From Botryllus schlosseri (Eukaryota), in contig CM119371.1 in the NCBI GenBank assembly GCA_051294905.1, positions 3,722,001 through 3,786,000 on the forward strand: 64,000 nt of DNA, written 5' to 3'. The position numbers and the translations under genes were made by a program. The notes beneath the pieces were generated by a model. That model saw only the letters and a program-made list of their open reading frames with translations, searched no databases and was not told where the DNA came from. The first letter of the stretch is position 1; every line of letters begins with the position of its first letter. Shown in pieces: positions 1-13,200 of this stretch.

Positions 1-1278
1 ACATTTGCTATTATCATGCTGATTCGATAGTAACGGAACTGGATTCAATGACCTAGTTTTTTGCGGACTCAGAAATTCTAATCCCAATCTAATTTGGAAA
101 AATGTATAGCTATAACTACAGTTTTAATCTATTATGAAAAAAGTATCGCGGTAATTATAATTTTACCATAAATTGGAAATAACTGTGTAGCGTCAATTCT
201 TATTCTACTGTATGTTGAAAGAAAAGTTAACTGTAATTATAATACTAATCAATTTTGTAAAAGCAGGAAATCTTCTAGATGACCGAGTCTGACTGGAACT
301 TATCTGAAATCTTGTCGATTTGCAGCACAACTATTGAGCACATTCAATACGAAGTTTACGAAAAATTTGTAAGTTGTCACTTGCGATTACCTAAGAAAAG
401 TATTCGACAACCAGTCCCAGTAATAATATTTGAAATGCACATACTCCAGTACTTTTCAAACTTTCATTTACACGATTGCTACATGCACCCGAGCAAAAAA
501 TGGAACGGGATCACTCCAACTTCTGTTCGAGTTTAATCAGTGACTATTTCGATAGTCTCATTAAAAATTATGTGACAACATATTACGACCAATAACTATA
601 TTCATTTCACCCCCAGCAGCTAAGCAGTCCGGACGCCTTAATTCTCGACCTACGCCGTATTGACATATAAATTCTTCGAGTATCTCATCGAATCTCAGTT
701 TCATAATACAACAAATATTTCTCCCAATAAAATGAAATCTGTGTGGTCTGAATGCAGCAAGTAATCATGAATTGAAGTGACGCATTACTGCCGAAGATCA
801 ACTTTAGTATATGTTGACAGAAGTGGTCAGTAACAAACGAACTCCACGTTTTCAAAGTATAAAAGTACGTTTTGCCCACTTACACTACTTACTTAAGTAG
901 TTAATAGTTCAGACTACTTCTACTTCTATTCGACAACTTTAATTTCTTTTAGCAATGTGATGCGTGAGTGATGTCAAAAGTATGTTGCGACTCGATCTGA
1001 TATGATGCATGACAGAGCTATTATATTCTTGCAGAATAAACAAAGTCTTTTTTCCACAAAGCTATGTGTGATGCATCGCGTGTCAACGTTATGATGTCAC
1101 TATCCGACATCACATCAGTTAATATTGTATAATAATTTATATTATACACAGTTTGCGTCACAATATTTCTAAGCTGTTGTTTGAAACCGAATGTGTATGA
1201 GAATGGATCGACGATATAATGGAAGGATAAATCTCAACTCTCATTTTAGAACGGTCAGACTTCGCAACATCTACTCAC

Positions 1279-1330
1279 CTCAGAAAAAACTCGTAGTCAA
1301 GTCGGTTCCAGGCACCCGTATCTTGGCCCA
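1279..1330 (-). CDS. Isolated candidate exon (GQDTGAWNRLDYEFFL) of an unidentified gene
   Basis: Strong acceptor ttatttcttatttcag| and donor GAG|GTGAGT around 52 nt of open frame. Confidence 0.35.
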
Positions 1331-1759
1331 CTGAAATAAGAAATAAGTTATATATCTGAAAATGCTTGTTAGCAAAAGATGTATGCATTCTATGAATTGT
1401 GCTCTGTTGCTGAGCCTATTGCGTAATATCTGAAACAGTCATCAGGCTCGAAGAGAGTTGAAATCATCAAAAATATAAATGAATTGTGTCCTACGATACA
1501 CGGTGATTTAGTTATGGTAGGTAGGCGTGCGGAACTTGCGCTTATCTACTATTTTAAATCCGAATCCTATTCCTGATGATACATTCAAATCCAAGTACAA
1601 ATCCATATTTTATTTTGTCTCGCGTCCATATCCACGTCCAATCCGGTAATGGCTGAAACTTGTTCAAAAAGTCACATGAAAATGAAAGTTACGTGAAATT
1701 CTATGTTAGAGTACGGATGAAAATCCATCTTCGAATGAATTATAAACCATTATATAATG

Positions 1760-2099
1760 CAGTGGTTCCCAACGTGAGCGATTTGGCAGTCTAGGGGGGC
1801 GAAAATGGACAAAGGGGGCAAAAATAACGAAGGGGACGATAGGGGAGCGATGGCGCGTTCAACGGATATATTGGAGTCAAGTCGCAGAAATGATCTTCTT
1901 TTTTTCGTCAACCCATGAAAATTTAGTTGTAAAAGTGTAAAACTTCGATGTCGAGCCGAAAATTTGACCTTTTTTTTTATTTAACCCGCCGGTGGTTACA
2001 GTTTGTATGCCCATTTTTCGGTTCACGAAATTTGGGGGGCAATGATCGGTGTGGTGCTTGAAAAAGGGGCGTTTAGTCGAAAAAGGTTGGGAACCTCTG
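1760..2099. mobile_element. hAT (Charlie-like) MITE
   Basis: TIRs CAGTGGTTCCCAAC / GTTGGGAACCTCTG; degenerate TSD; same family as 46597-46912. Confidence 0.8.
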
Positions 2100-2786
2100 A
2101 TCTAAAGCCAGGCAAAAGCGATGACACATGACCTCAATACCATAGAGATGCATAGAGTGGATTCGTAAAATCGTGAAATTAGTTGTTATAGTTTCCGTTC
2201 AAAAGCGGTGGCTTTCAAAGGGAACATTGCAGCGGCCAAAATGTTTTTCACCCACTTTCATTTCAGACATCATTATATTTAGAGCGCAGTGACGTTTTAA
2301 TGTGTTATAGTTATGTCAGTGGGCAGTGAAATGAGAAATTACACACAATATGATGCCCAGCAGTACAATGTATATTACGTATATCTAATCCAATTAGATA
2401 TGGGAATGAGTGAAAGTAACTCTAATCCATTTGTAAACATTCCCTGCAATATGAAGCTAATTATTTACGTACTGTCAATCGATTAAAATCACAGAATTCA
2501 TATTCGCGCCGGTTCCACGTTCTGTGAGATACTTTAACAAAACAATTATGAACTCGCAAATTCGTTTTCGTATCAAAGGTAAATCGAACAAAGTAATCCC
2601 GAATGCTATTTCTAGATTCAGAGTAGGCAACTTGATTAGGTTGGACGAAACGATTTCGGAATTAATGAAATGTTGTCGATTATAATTCAGTTCTACCTAA
2701 AAAAAGCACAATGCACAAGAAATGATTCGTATCAACGCCAATATAAAAAGTGGGATGCTGTATGGCATAAAACCACGAATCCTGCA

Positions 2787-3359
2787 GATAGGTGGTCAGT
2801 AACGGAGTAACTCTACTTTATCAGACTACTCAAGTAGTGCTGTCTACTTGCATCGCCTAATCAAGGGGTTGTCATTTTAGACTACTTCAGTTTCTGCTTC
2901 TTGTCACAGTTGTTAGTCAAAACTACTTACTTTATACAATATTGATTTTGAAAAGTATCAAGTTGTTCCTAGCTGCGTACTCGTCATCGTTTTCAGTGAA
3001 ATTCTTATAGGAGCCGCCTTAAATAGCCCATGTATCACGGTGACTGCATGAACATATTTTCAAAGATTCCACTCACTTGCAGTGTCATTAGTCACTTTGC
3101 ATTATCCGAGAAGACATATCTTGCAATTTCGAAAGTAGATATCTCCTATAAACTGCTAAAAATATACGGCCCTTCGACCAAATCTACTTTTTAAACTACT
3201 TATTTCGCTACATTTCAGACTAATACATTTTCTACTTCTAACTCAAGTCAATTTGTGATTTCTTGGAAATTGCTACTTTTACTTGCATATCAGCAGCAAC
3301 TTACGACGCTATTTATCGTTCTACATGAGTCTTAACTCAGACTACTTTGACTACCTCTA
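2787..3359. mobile_element. Degenerate MITE of an AAGTAG/TACTT-rich family (other remnants at about 818-930, 6905-7191, 7990-8400, 9670-9845, 50450-50542)
   Basis: Shared terminus ggtggtcagtaac and repeated tactcaagtag motifs. Confidence 0.55.
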
Positions 3360-4010
3360 ATCTTTCATGAACTCGTGTTAGCAACTCTCAGAACCGATCG
3401 GAGTACGCTTGGTCACCAGATGTCGTAAATAGCTGCATTAAGTATTAAATTTTGTTCCATAGTTATGAGTATATGAAAGAGGTATACAAGCTTCTTTGAC
3501 TCATCGTCCACTTATCAAGCTCGACATATCTTTATCACAACCCATAATAGTAGAAGTACTATCAGCAGCAAAGTAGTTGTGCTTTTCCGTAGTACTTATT
3601 ATTATATACTTGTTTATTTTACTCAAGTAGTTTTGTTCGTATACTACCTCTACGTCAACAATTTTTATATGGTGAATACTAATTTTTGCATAGTTGACAT
3701 TGTCAAGTAAAAGTAGATTTTGACGCACTTTAACGATGCCTTGCTTCGAAATTGATATGCAAGCTCACAATCAACAACGTGTGAGAGATTATGCCTGAAT
3801 TCCCTACTACAATTAATCGTATTAAGTATGGGATATCGAATGAAACTAAAATTCATGAATTCCGTACGTTATCACATAACCCTGATAACGACATTATGTC
3901 ATGCATGAAACTAAAGCCTCATGATTTCTAGCGTTAGTAACGAATTGGACCTGAATTGACCATTTCATTCAAAGTGATCGCGCTCATTTAATATACCTAA
4001 TAAAACGGAT

Positions 4011-4232
4011 CTAAGATACGATGCAACCAAACAATGACTCACTGTATAAAACTTCCAACTCAGAATCGAGATCATTTGCAATCTTCTGGACTTTCTGCAA
4101 TTCGGCTCCTTTCAACATATCATTTTTATCCCGATATATCAATGTTGCTTTCTTCAAGTTAGAGTTGTTGACGAGAGACGAAATGTCATCGAGTGAAGCC
4201 GGATACCGTAATATGCATCGGATATATTCGAT
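4011..4232 (-). CDS. Probable NLR terminal exon ending in a CaaX box (IEYIRCIL...SLFGCIVS*)
   Basis: Acceptor ctgcag| in phase 0; ATTAAA about 20 nt after the stop (3987-3992). Confidence 0.6.
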   Translation of the reverse strand: MEYIRCILRYPASLDDISSLVNNSNLKKATLIYRDKNDMLKGAELQKVQKIANDLDSELEVLYSESLFGCIVS

Positions 4233-7200
4233 CTGCAGTGACAAATTATGACTAATCATATTGTGTATTACAATAATGCTTACCGTACCACTATTGTTGA
4301 CCATTTCACCAGGGGCCATCATGTATTACAGTATACTTTGGATCACCAGTTTGGACGGTTTAGTCTGGCCCGCTAGGCGATTCTGAAAAAATGGCCGTAT
4401 TATCCGGCACATTTCTGATGCATGTTGAGATTTCTAGTCGGAAACACTTACATTCTCTCAAGTCAGAAAATGTCGAGCATGTTCATAGGCCACATTTTAA
4501 CCATCCGACCGTGGTGTTGAGGTTACACTGTAGTCACCATCAGCAACAAGTCACTGCCATTGACACTAGTGTTACCATACATCCTCTTCTCTGACTTTTT
4601 TTTAAGTGTTCTAGGAGTACTAGGGGTGTTCAAAAAAAACTTTTTTAAAAAAAAATTTCATGGGCTTAGTTATCAAATCATCAGGTTACCTAAAAAAAAC
4701 GTTGCACACCAAATTTGGCTCAATTCCAACTAGTAGAAGCCATAGGTCACTCAAATTGAAATTTCGGTCATTTTTAAAATAATAATATTTACAGTGACCA
4801 ATTTCGTCACACCGACGTGACCAAAAATCGTGTTCTAGGTATGCCCGAAGTGGCTGGGATGTCTTATTTACAAGTTTTGATCTTGATATGGGCCTAGGGT
4901 GAGGTTTGGATGAAGACATCGCCAGTAAACGAAAAAAATATATGACACAGTCTACCTGGATATCGTTCAACTTTATTAAAATAGACATGTTAAAACGATG
5001 GTGAGATAATTTTCAAATAAATTACTTAACACACTAAAATTAGCGACCACGAAAAGAAAATGAACTGACAAGCAGGTAAAATCCAAGTAAATATATTTCT
5101 CAAGTGATCTAACTTCCTGGTCGGTGCAATATAAATTTCTTCACGTTACAATTTGATATTGTATGATATTTTTTTATTTGCTCTGCACCACTCCTACAGT
5201 ACTATCACAGGAGAATTAAAAGAGTTATGGGCATCGTGACTGATCTTCTTTCCATCAAAAGTTATTGTCCTCTATTCTTGTCATCCTCCTCCTCCATATT
5301 TGGTTACTATAATCAAATTGTATTCATATATCGCGGTAAAACTCCAATACCTTTTATAACTCTATGACAACAGGTTCTGGTGATATTGAAAAACCAAAAA
5401 AATGACTAATGTGCTTTATAAGCTCACTGGGTCACCATTTGGTTTCCCCGAATCTCGCATATGTGAAGTATCAGAAATGTTTTCCAACTCATAAATACTA
5501 TTCAGTGGCATAGCCCATTCTAAATTGCAATCAGCACCAATTTCAACGCTCTGGATCAGTCAATGTCAAACAGCAGAGAAATATTCGAACACTGAGCTGC
5601 TGAGGAATGCAACTGATGTCTCTGTGGATGAGGTTTTGGGAATGGCGACTTTGCAATTGGTAATAACTTTGAATCAAGGCAGAGAGTATGCCCTGCATAA
5701 CTGGGATAGATTTCGTCAAATCTAAATCTGTCCGACAAAAAATACTTCTAGATATGACTAGCACTTGAGAAATATATTTACCTGTATTTTACATGCTTGT
5801 CAGTTCATTTTATTTTCGTGGTCGTTAATTTTAATGTGTTCAGTACTCTATTTGAAAATTATCTCACCATCGTTTCATGTCTAATTCAATGAAGTGAACC
5901 AATTTCCAGGTAATCCGTGTCATATATTTTTTTCGTTCACTGGCGATGTCGTCATTCAAACCCTACCCTGAGACCATGTCAAGATCAAAACAAGTGGAAA
6001 AGACCTCCCTGCTACTTTGGGCATACCTGGAACACGATTTTTGGTCATGTCGGTGTGATGAAATTGGTCACCGTAAATACTATTATTTCAGAAATGACAG
6101 AAATTTCTACTGGTTGGAATTGAGTCAAATTTCGTGTGCAGCGTTTTTTTTAGGTAACCTGACGATTTGACAAATAAGCCGATGAGATTTGAAAAAAAAA
6201 TTTAACACACCTAAGGAGCACGGCAGCATTTAATGATTAACGTTGGATGGTGGGGGAAGAACGTTCAATATATCCAATGCAACTAATACTGGATGATAAG
6301 CACTACCTTCTTTTGCTGACAAGCTTCTAACATCTTCCTGAATTCATCTGCTTTATCAATGTAAAACACGGCATGGATATTGCCAAAAACGGAAATTGCT
6401 GTCCTGCGCTCCAAAATTCGGCTGCAATCCTGGACAGGTATCAGGCCATTCACGACAATATCCAGGAGATCCAACTAAAATGTGAAAAAAAAAATTTAGA
6501 GTTGAAGATAGCCACGGAAGAGATAATTGGGTCCGAAGTCGCATAAAATCAGGGGTAAATATAAATGCGTTTGGAAATACTTTATGAATAGAATCAGGAA
6601 TCATACTTGATACTTTTCCCAGCAAGTCTCAATCATCGACCAGTCGATGTTTTCTTCTTCTGTGCAATCGAGCACGATCTTACTTATCTGAACACAATAT
6701 TGGTTTCATTGGGTAAGATTACTTGATTGTTACGATGTATTCCCATCTGAATAATTATTTATATAGTTTCAGTAGAATAGTGATTAGTATGAATTCTTCG
6801 ATTCTCCATAATGCATATACTACATCGGTTTTAGTCACATCCAAGAACATGCTTTTCTTTAAATCTACTTATGAATATGATATGCATTGTACAGACGGAT
6901 GATATAGAATTTGGTGGTCAAAGTAGTCATCGTCGGTGGTCAAGCAGAAGTAACGCCTTCCATTTCTACTCAAGTAGAGGTAGAAGAATCAATATGCAGG
7001 TAGTAAAAAAGTGACTACTCAGGGCCTACTTTTGTCTGAAAAATGAAAACCGCCTTTTGTCTGAAAAATGAAAACCGCAAAAAGAATTGAAAGTATTCTA
7101 AAATCATAATCACTTGAGTAAGTGATTAATTAGGAATAATTTACTTGAATTACTACGACAAGTATAAGTAATTTGTTACTGATCACCTCTGGATATAGGT

Positions 7201-10200
7201 TGTAAGGAACTCTTGCTATGTAACGTGGTCACACATGTTTACCCGAACTTACCTATATACTTGGCACGGAGAAGGATAACTTATTTGAATTGTTAACTGC
7301 CAGCTTTCCAAAACCATTATTTGTAGCATGCATTGTTGATTTTCATCTCTGACAACGCCAGTGCATGAGCATACAATATCACTTATAAAATGGACTAAAA
7401 CTTATCCGTGAAGTACTTTATACTTTTCAGAATCAAAATTTATGAAAACTTAACACAAACTACTGTCTCCGTATCAGAATACAAAATACAACAAGCAATT
7501 AGTCTTGTAAAATAGGGTTTTCATATTCTGGAATCGGGTAAAAATGGTAAACTTCTTCCACTTCGTAGTCGGTTGACTATGAAAAAGGTGAGCTTTCGCA
7601 CATCTCACGAAATACCCGCCTGACAGTTGGTTCAGTGTTATTTTATGGTATCTCGGTCGAATTTTGCCCTGTGTTTCAGCAAAATTCTGAAAAAAGAGGA
7701 CAAAATCTCAAAAAGGAGGACATTTAGGCGTCCTCAGAGGACATTTCCAATACCCCAAAAAAGGAGGATAAGTCCTCATAAAAGAGGACGTGTGGTAACC
7801 CTATGTAAAAGAACTGCTCAAGTAGAATTGGAAGTAGTCAAAAACATTGCCGCTTGAGTAAGTAGCGGAAGTAGGCAAAATTTATTTGGGTATTCTGGAG
7901 TACAAGTACTAGTTTGCTAACCACATCTATTAACGAGTCTCTTACATATTCCCAGAGTACATGACAATTTCACTCATAATTTTAACTTGCGTAAGTACTT
8001 GAAATATGAAAACTGTATTGACCCCATCCATCAAAAGACCACTTTTCAGAGTACAAAACAGGTTATTCCTACTTACATTACTAGCCCAATTGGTTTCGAT
8101 TTTAAGCTACTTTCATTTCTACTCGAACAGCTCATTCACAAATGCACGCACTTTTCACGCATTAGATTTCTAAAAGCAGAAATTCAAAAGTAGCCACCAC
8201 TGATAAACTGCAAAATATTTGCAAAAGATCGACTAAAAATACTTTTGAAAACTTTTTACTTGAGTACTTTCCAGGCCTTACATTTTCTACTTTGAACAGG
8301 TGTTTTAAGAGCTAACGTTACTTGGAATTGTGTATAAATTCAAACCATTACTTCTGCTTGGACTTGATTAGCGACGCTGACAACATTAACCACTTCTGCC
8401 TATACTCCAGACCGACTCGCAATATTATGAACGCAAGTCAAGTAGAAATTGACAGCACAAGTTATAAATTGAAACTTGCATCTTACTGTACTGCGCATTC
8501 TCTTGTTACTAAAAATATGGAATTCGATATCTTATAAGATTAATGCATTATATGCTCTTATTAAAATAAGACCATATCCAATGTGCTGAAATTGTAATAG
8601 CGAGACATGAAATGATGCCTTGAACCCCAAAACGAATTGGTCACCTGCAAACTACCCAACCATAATTATTATTATTTCAAGCGCACACAAGAAATCATTT
8701 GGTTACTTATTTTTGTTAGATATTCAGGTATTGATTACTGGATTACCTACTGAAAGATGAAGTACATTTGAAAGTAGAAGCAAATAGAATAGTCGAATCG
8801 GTCAACCGTGATTCATAGTTCAAATCCACACCAAACATGAAACTAAATAAATAGCATAGGAAAAATATATCTGTAGCAGACCTTTTTTACTTTATACTCT
8901 GATAACTCCCGTAAACCAGCCTGCTTGACATACATTTCTTCAATCAATTTGACGAATTCTGCATCGAAGAGATTGATAAAATATTCCACTGCTGCGGAAC
9001 TAACCGTTTTGAATGATAGAGTGGAATCCTGCGAAAATAAAGTGTTACGAGTGAGGTCACAATCCACCAACAAGCATCCCTAAGATATGTATGTGACTGA
9101 AGAATTTTATTAACAAAATTCAAAAGAAATATCAATGACTTGCAAACAGATAAATCAAAGTCAAGACGGGAAATTACTCCAACAACTCACACCGTAAGTG
9201 ATAAAATACGATGTTTTCGAAAATTGTTAATTTGGCGCGCCGCCCAAGAAAAATAACCGTCGTACAGAGCACTCAAACACAAACTCAATGAGAAAGCGCA
9301 ACAGAATGTACAAAGTAGATAATGCACACTAGGAAATTAACTGAATGAAAAAGAAATCAAGCAACTAAGCGAGTCAGATCGCTTTCGGCTTGCGTATCGT
9401 ACGATCACTCAAGGTTCGCTTTACCATAGTGACTACTACTGCGGGCTAGGCTGAATCGTCGCGTTCTGAGAACATATCTTTTTAAACGAGTCACCTGAGA
9501 TAGCGCACATGAACCACGTAACCGCTACATTCATTATATTGATCGAAACTTTTTAGGAAATATATTAGTCCGTCAACATCTATTTTGCGCCAAGCTTGAA
9601 GAAATTTTGGACTCTGCACCTGAATTTCTTCGTCTTGGTCTCTCTCTCTCTTCCTCTCTTTGTGGAGTACATAAAACTTGTACTTGATAATTTGTAAATA
9701 TCGAAAAGTAAGTTGGTAAATCTCAAAATATGACAGAATACAATTACAAGTAGTGTGTCGGAAATAGGATTTACTTGTTTAAGTGCTACAAGTACGGGAG
9801 TACTTGAGTACTTCGGAAAAGTAGAAGTACTTGGTCATTGACAAAGTCTGGGTTTGAATTAACAGAATATTTAAATTGGCTTCAACTCTTAATCACCGTG
9901 TCATTGTATCGGTTATATGAATTGACCAAAGTTGACTCACGTTAGATTCAAGGCTATTTGATTTGAATAAACCAAGCAATTCGATTCCAAATCGCATCCC
10001 GTACAACGTTGTTTTAATATATCGAAACAGAACTTTGTCCAGAATATATGTTGAAAGCCCCCCCCCCTACTCCCACACACAATGATTCAGGATGAAGCTC
10101 TTCACTTATTCAGTACCAGACTTCAAAATATTTTAAAAAGTTGTCTTGCTTGCTCAAAACAACAAATGGCAAAAACCCCATTCCTCGATTTAAAATGATC

Positions 10201-13200
10201 TAAAATCCCGAAGGAAATTGAAAATTAAAGTACAGTGACAACAAAAAATCTTCAATTTTAGCAGCGAAAAAATGACTTATAAAATTATCACAAGCTGTAA
10301 GCTTACTATTCCCTACAAAATTATCGCATCTTCAAAACGCTCATAATTACGTCATGAGCTACAGCTTGGCGATACTACACTGCGGGGTGATCGCTACACG
10401 TGCCTAGCGTTGCGTGAAGTCAGTGAAATGAGCGAACGTTCAATCCAATCAAAAGTATGGACTCGTTATCAAACTTGAATCAACTTGCTATCCAACCTTG
10501 ATGTGACCTTCAATCTGGTAACCACTTATCTTGATGACATCTTCTTCGTTCTTCAATTCAACCCATCCATCTACAGACAGCTCGACAACCTGAATATTGT
10601 TCGGATGTGAAACTCGAGATCGTGCATTTTATTGATCATCCACCATATATGGTGACGTCATATCGCAGATGCAGTGACTACCGAAGCATCACAGATCATC
10701 ATGCGTTACACGTCATCGACACAGGTCACTGATTTCACCGGCGTTTTTGTCAGTGGCGCCATTTTGGGACATTTGCTACTCGATATCTCCGCAAACACTC
10801 GTTTATATGAGGCATGAATTATATTGGCGACATCAGGAGAAAAAAACTCCACGAATCGAGGCAAAGACATTTTGGTCAATCTAGTTGATCTTTAAAGCAA
10901 ATCGTTAGCACCCAAAACCGTATTCCTGTATTAACACGAATTCACGATGGAATTTCGTCTTTTGATCCGAGCGCGAAATTGGACAGTTTCCTAGTGTGAG
11001 CATGTAAATCAGAATTACTCCATGGACATCATATTTACTCCTATATTACATGAGAAACAAAATGTTGCATTCCAAAACGCTGTTATGTTCATAAAGATCT
11101 TTTTCGATGCACCCTTTGTTGATAAGGACCGGTATATTTATATGTTGCGTGCCGGTAATGTCCACATGCGCACTCCAGAATTGTGACGATGCTAGCAATG
11201 TTACTTGTTACTCACGCAGTGCATTTTTTAGCGGCACATGGCGTTTGATTCCGTAAAAGGGACATAATTTGTCAAAATATTGATGCACAACTTGATCACC
11301 GCTAGACTGACGGGTATCGATCACACCAATACCAAATTCCATACATTGCATTCATTTCATTCATTCTCAATTCAGTAAAAAGCGTTGTTCACGAGGTCAG
11401 CGCTCCTATTGTTGCCACTACGCTACATGATCCCGCGTTTCACCAAATTCGATTACATAGCTCGATATTAATGGCACAGTGCGTATATTAAAACATCATA
11501 TCAGTGGGTAAATACTGTACGGCTTAGGGATGAAAGCAGAGTGGGACTGTTAGAAAATATTCTTCAGAATTCACTGGCTATGTGATAAAATTGTTAGGTT
11601 GGTTGAAACAACGCTGTAAACCAAATTTTGCTACAAGACAAACTAGTAGAAACAAGATTCTTGCTGTAAAAAGTTTTGAATTTATAATTTAAAAAAAATT
11701 CAAAGTTTTTCTTTCAACCCCATAAAATTGTTAGGCAATCAGCAGTGATGATGCATACCAAATTTGGATCAATTCCAACAGCTAGGAGCGAAGTTATTGC
11801 CGTAGTAAAATTTCCAATTCCATGAGTTTATAGGAAATAATTATAGCTTTCAATACAACATCCATTGTAGTACAATATTTAAACTCAAATACTTTCCGGC
11901 ACTCTAAAGGGATTTAAATGGATTTAGAAGCAAAAACAAATCTGTTTAACTCCCTTCAGTGTGCCGTTAACTCTTGAAAGAGGCAACAAAAAAGTCTTCG
12001 AGTTTAATAAATATTCTACTACAATGGATTTTGTATTGAAAGCTATATTCAAGTTCTGTACCACGAGTCAGCTATCTGAATAAATAATTAAAGAGTTAGC
12101 AACCGTAAAAATATTTTATTCGAGTCCAAATTTTTTCTACCGCAATAACGTCGCTTCTAGTGGTTGGAATTGAGCCACATTTGGTGTGCATCGTCTCTAC
12201 TGGCAGCCCAACAATTTTACATTGTTGAAAGAAAAATTTTAAAATTGTAACTTTTAATTACAAATCCAAAATTTTCTACTGCAAGAAAATCGCATCTACT
12301 GGTTGCAATTGACCCAAAGTTGGCCTGCAGTGTTGTTTTCGCCAACCTGACAATTTTATAACATAGCCGAATAAACCAATCACATGCGATTGTCACGTCA
12401 CAAGTCTCCGCATACCCACATAAAATTATAGTGGCTTGTTAGTATTCAACTAAATCATAGAACCGATCTCACTTCCCAATCCAATTTTCCAGGTAGCGAT
12501 TCAATCCGACGATGTCCGATAAGTGAACGCAGTGCTGTTGCTGACAACTTATTTTCACGCAAATCCACTTCCTTCACCTGGAATGATGAATGAAATATGA
12601 ATACAATGTCTGCCAATGTCATGTCAAACTAAAAAAGCTTTACACAGACTTATCCAGGGCATATTTTGGAAGCTGCGTATGTTCAACATCATTGTGATCC
12701 TTATAATTAAGGCAAACGACCCTAGGTTTAGAGGTCTTTTACTAATCCATTCAAACGGCTTCAATAAATTCTAGGAATACACCGTACTCTATAATTGAAA
12801 TTACGATTTGATTACAGTGAATGATGGCTAATTTTATTCACTTTCGATTTCATTTTTACGAGCGAGTTGGCCACAGTAGGATCAACTGTAATTTGTAATT
12901 GAGCTGCATGTAATTAATTATATTTTTTCATGTTATTTTAATTGTCATCGAAGCATTTCTATTCTGTGTAATTGTAATTGTAATTTGATAAAAATTTTCT
13001 AATTACAATTTCAATTGCATTGTTATTGAAACCTGACAATCACAGCATAAAATAATTAGCCCATTAACATGGGGGTTCTATGCGTATCTCGTCAACTAAT
13101 TCAGCCATAGCCTACTAAACTGTTTCCCATATAAGCCAACTTCAGCTCCAACAGAAAACTTGGTGAATTACAATATAGGCTATTGAACCAAAAAAATCCT

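Noticed and set aside
3501..3856. Further NLR coding exons
   Set aside because: They lie past the stop and polyA-like signal and overlap TACTT-rich MITE remnants.
5110..5760. Transposase inside the long-TIR element
   Set aside because: Only short broken frames with no convincing catalytic motif.
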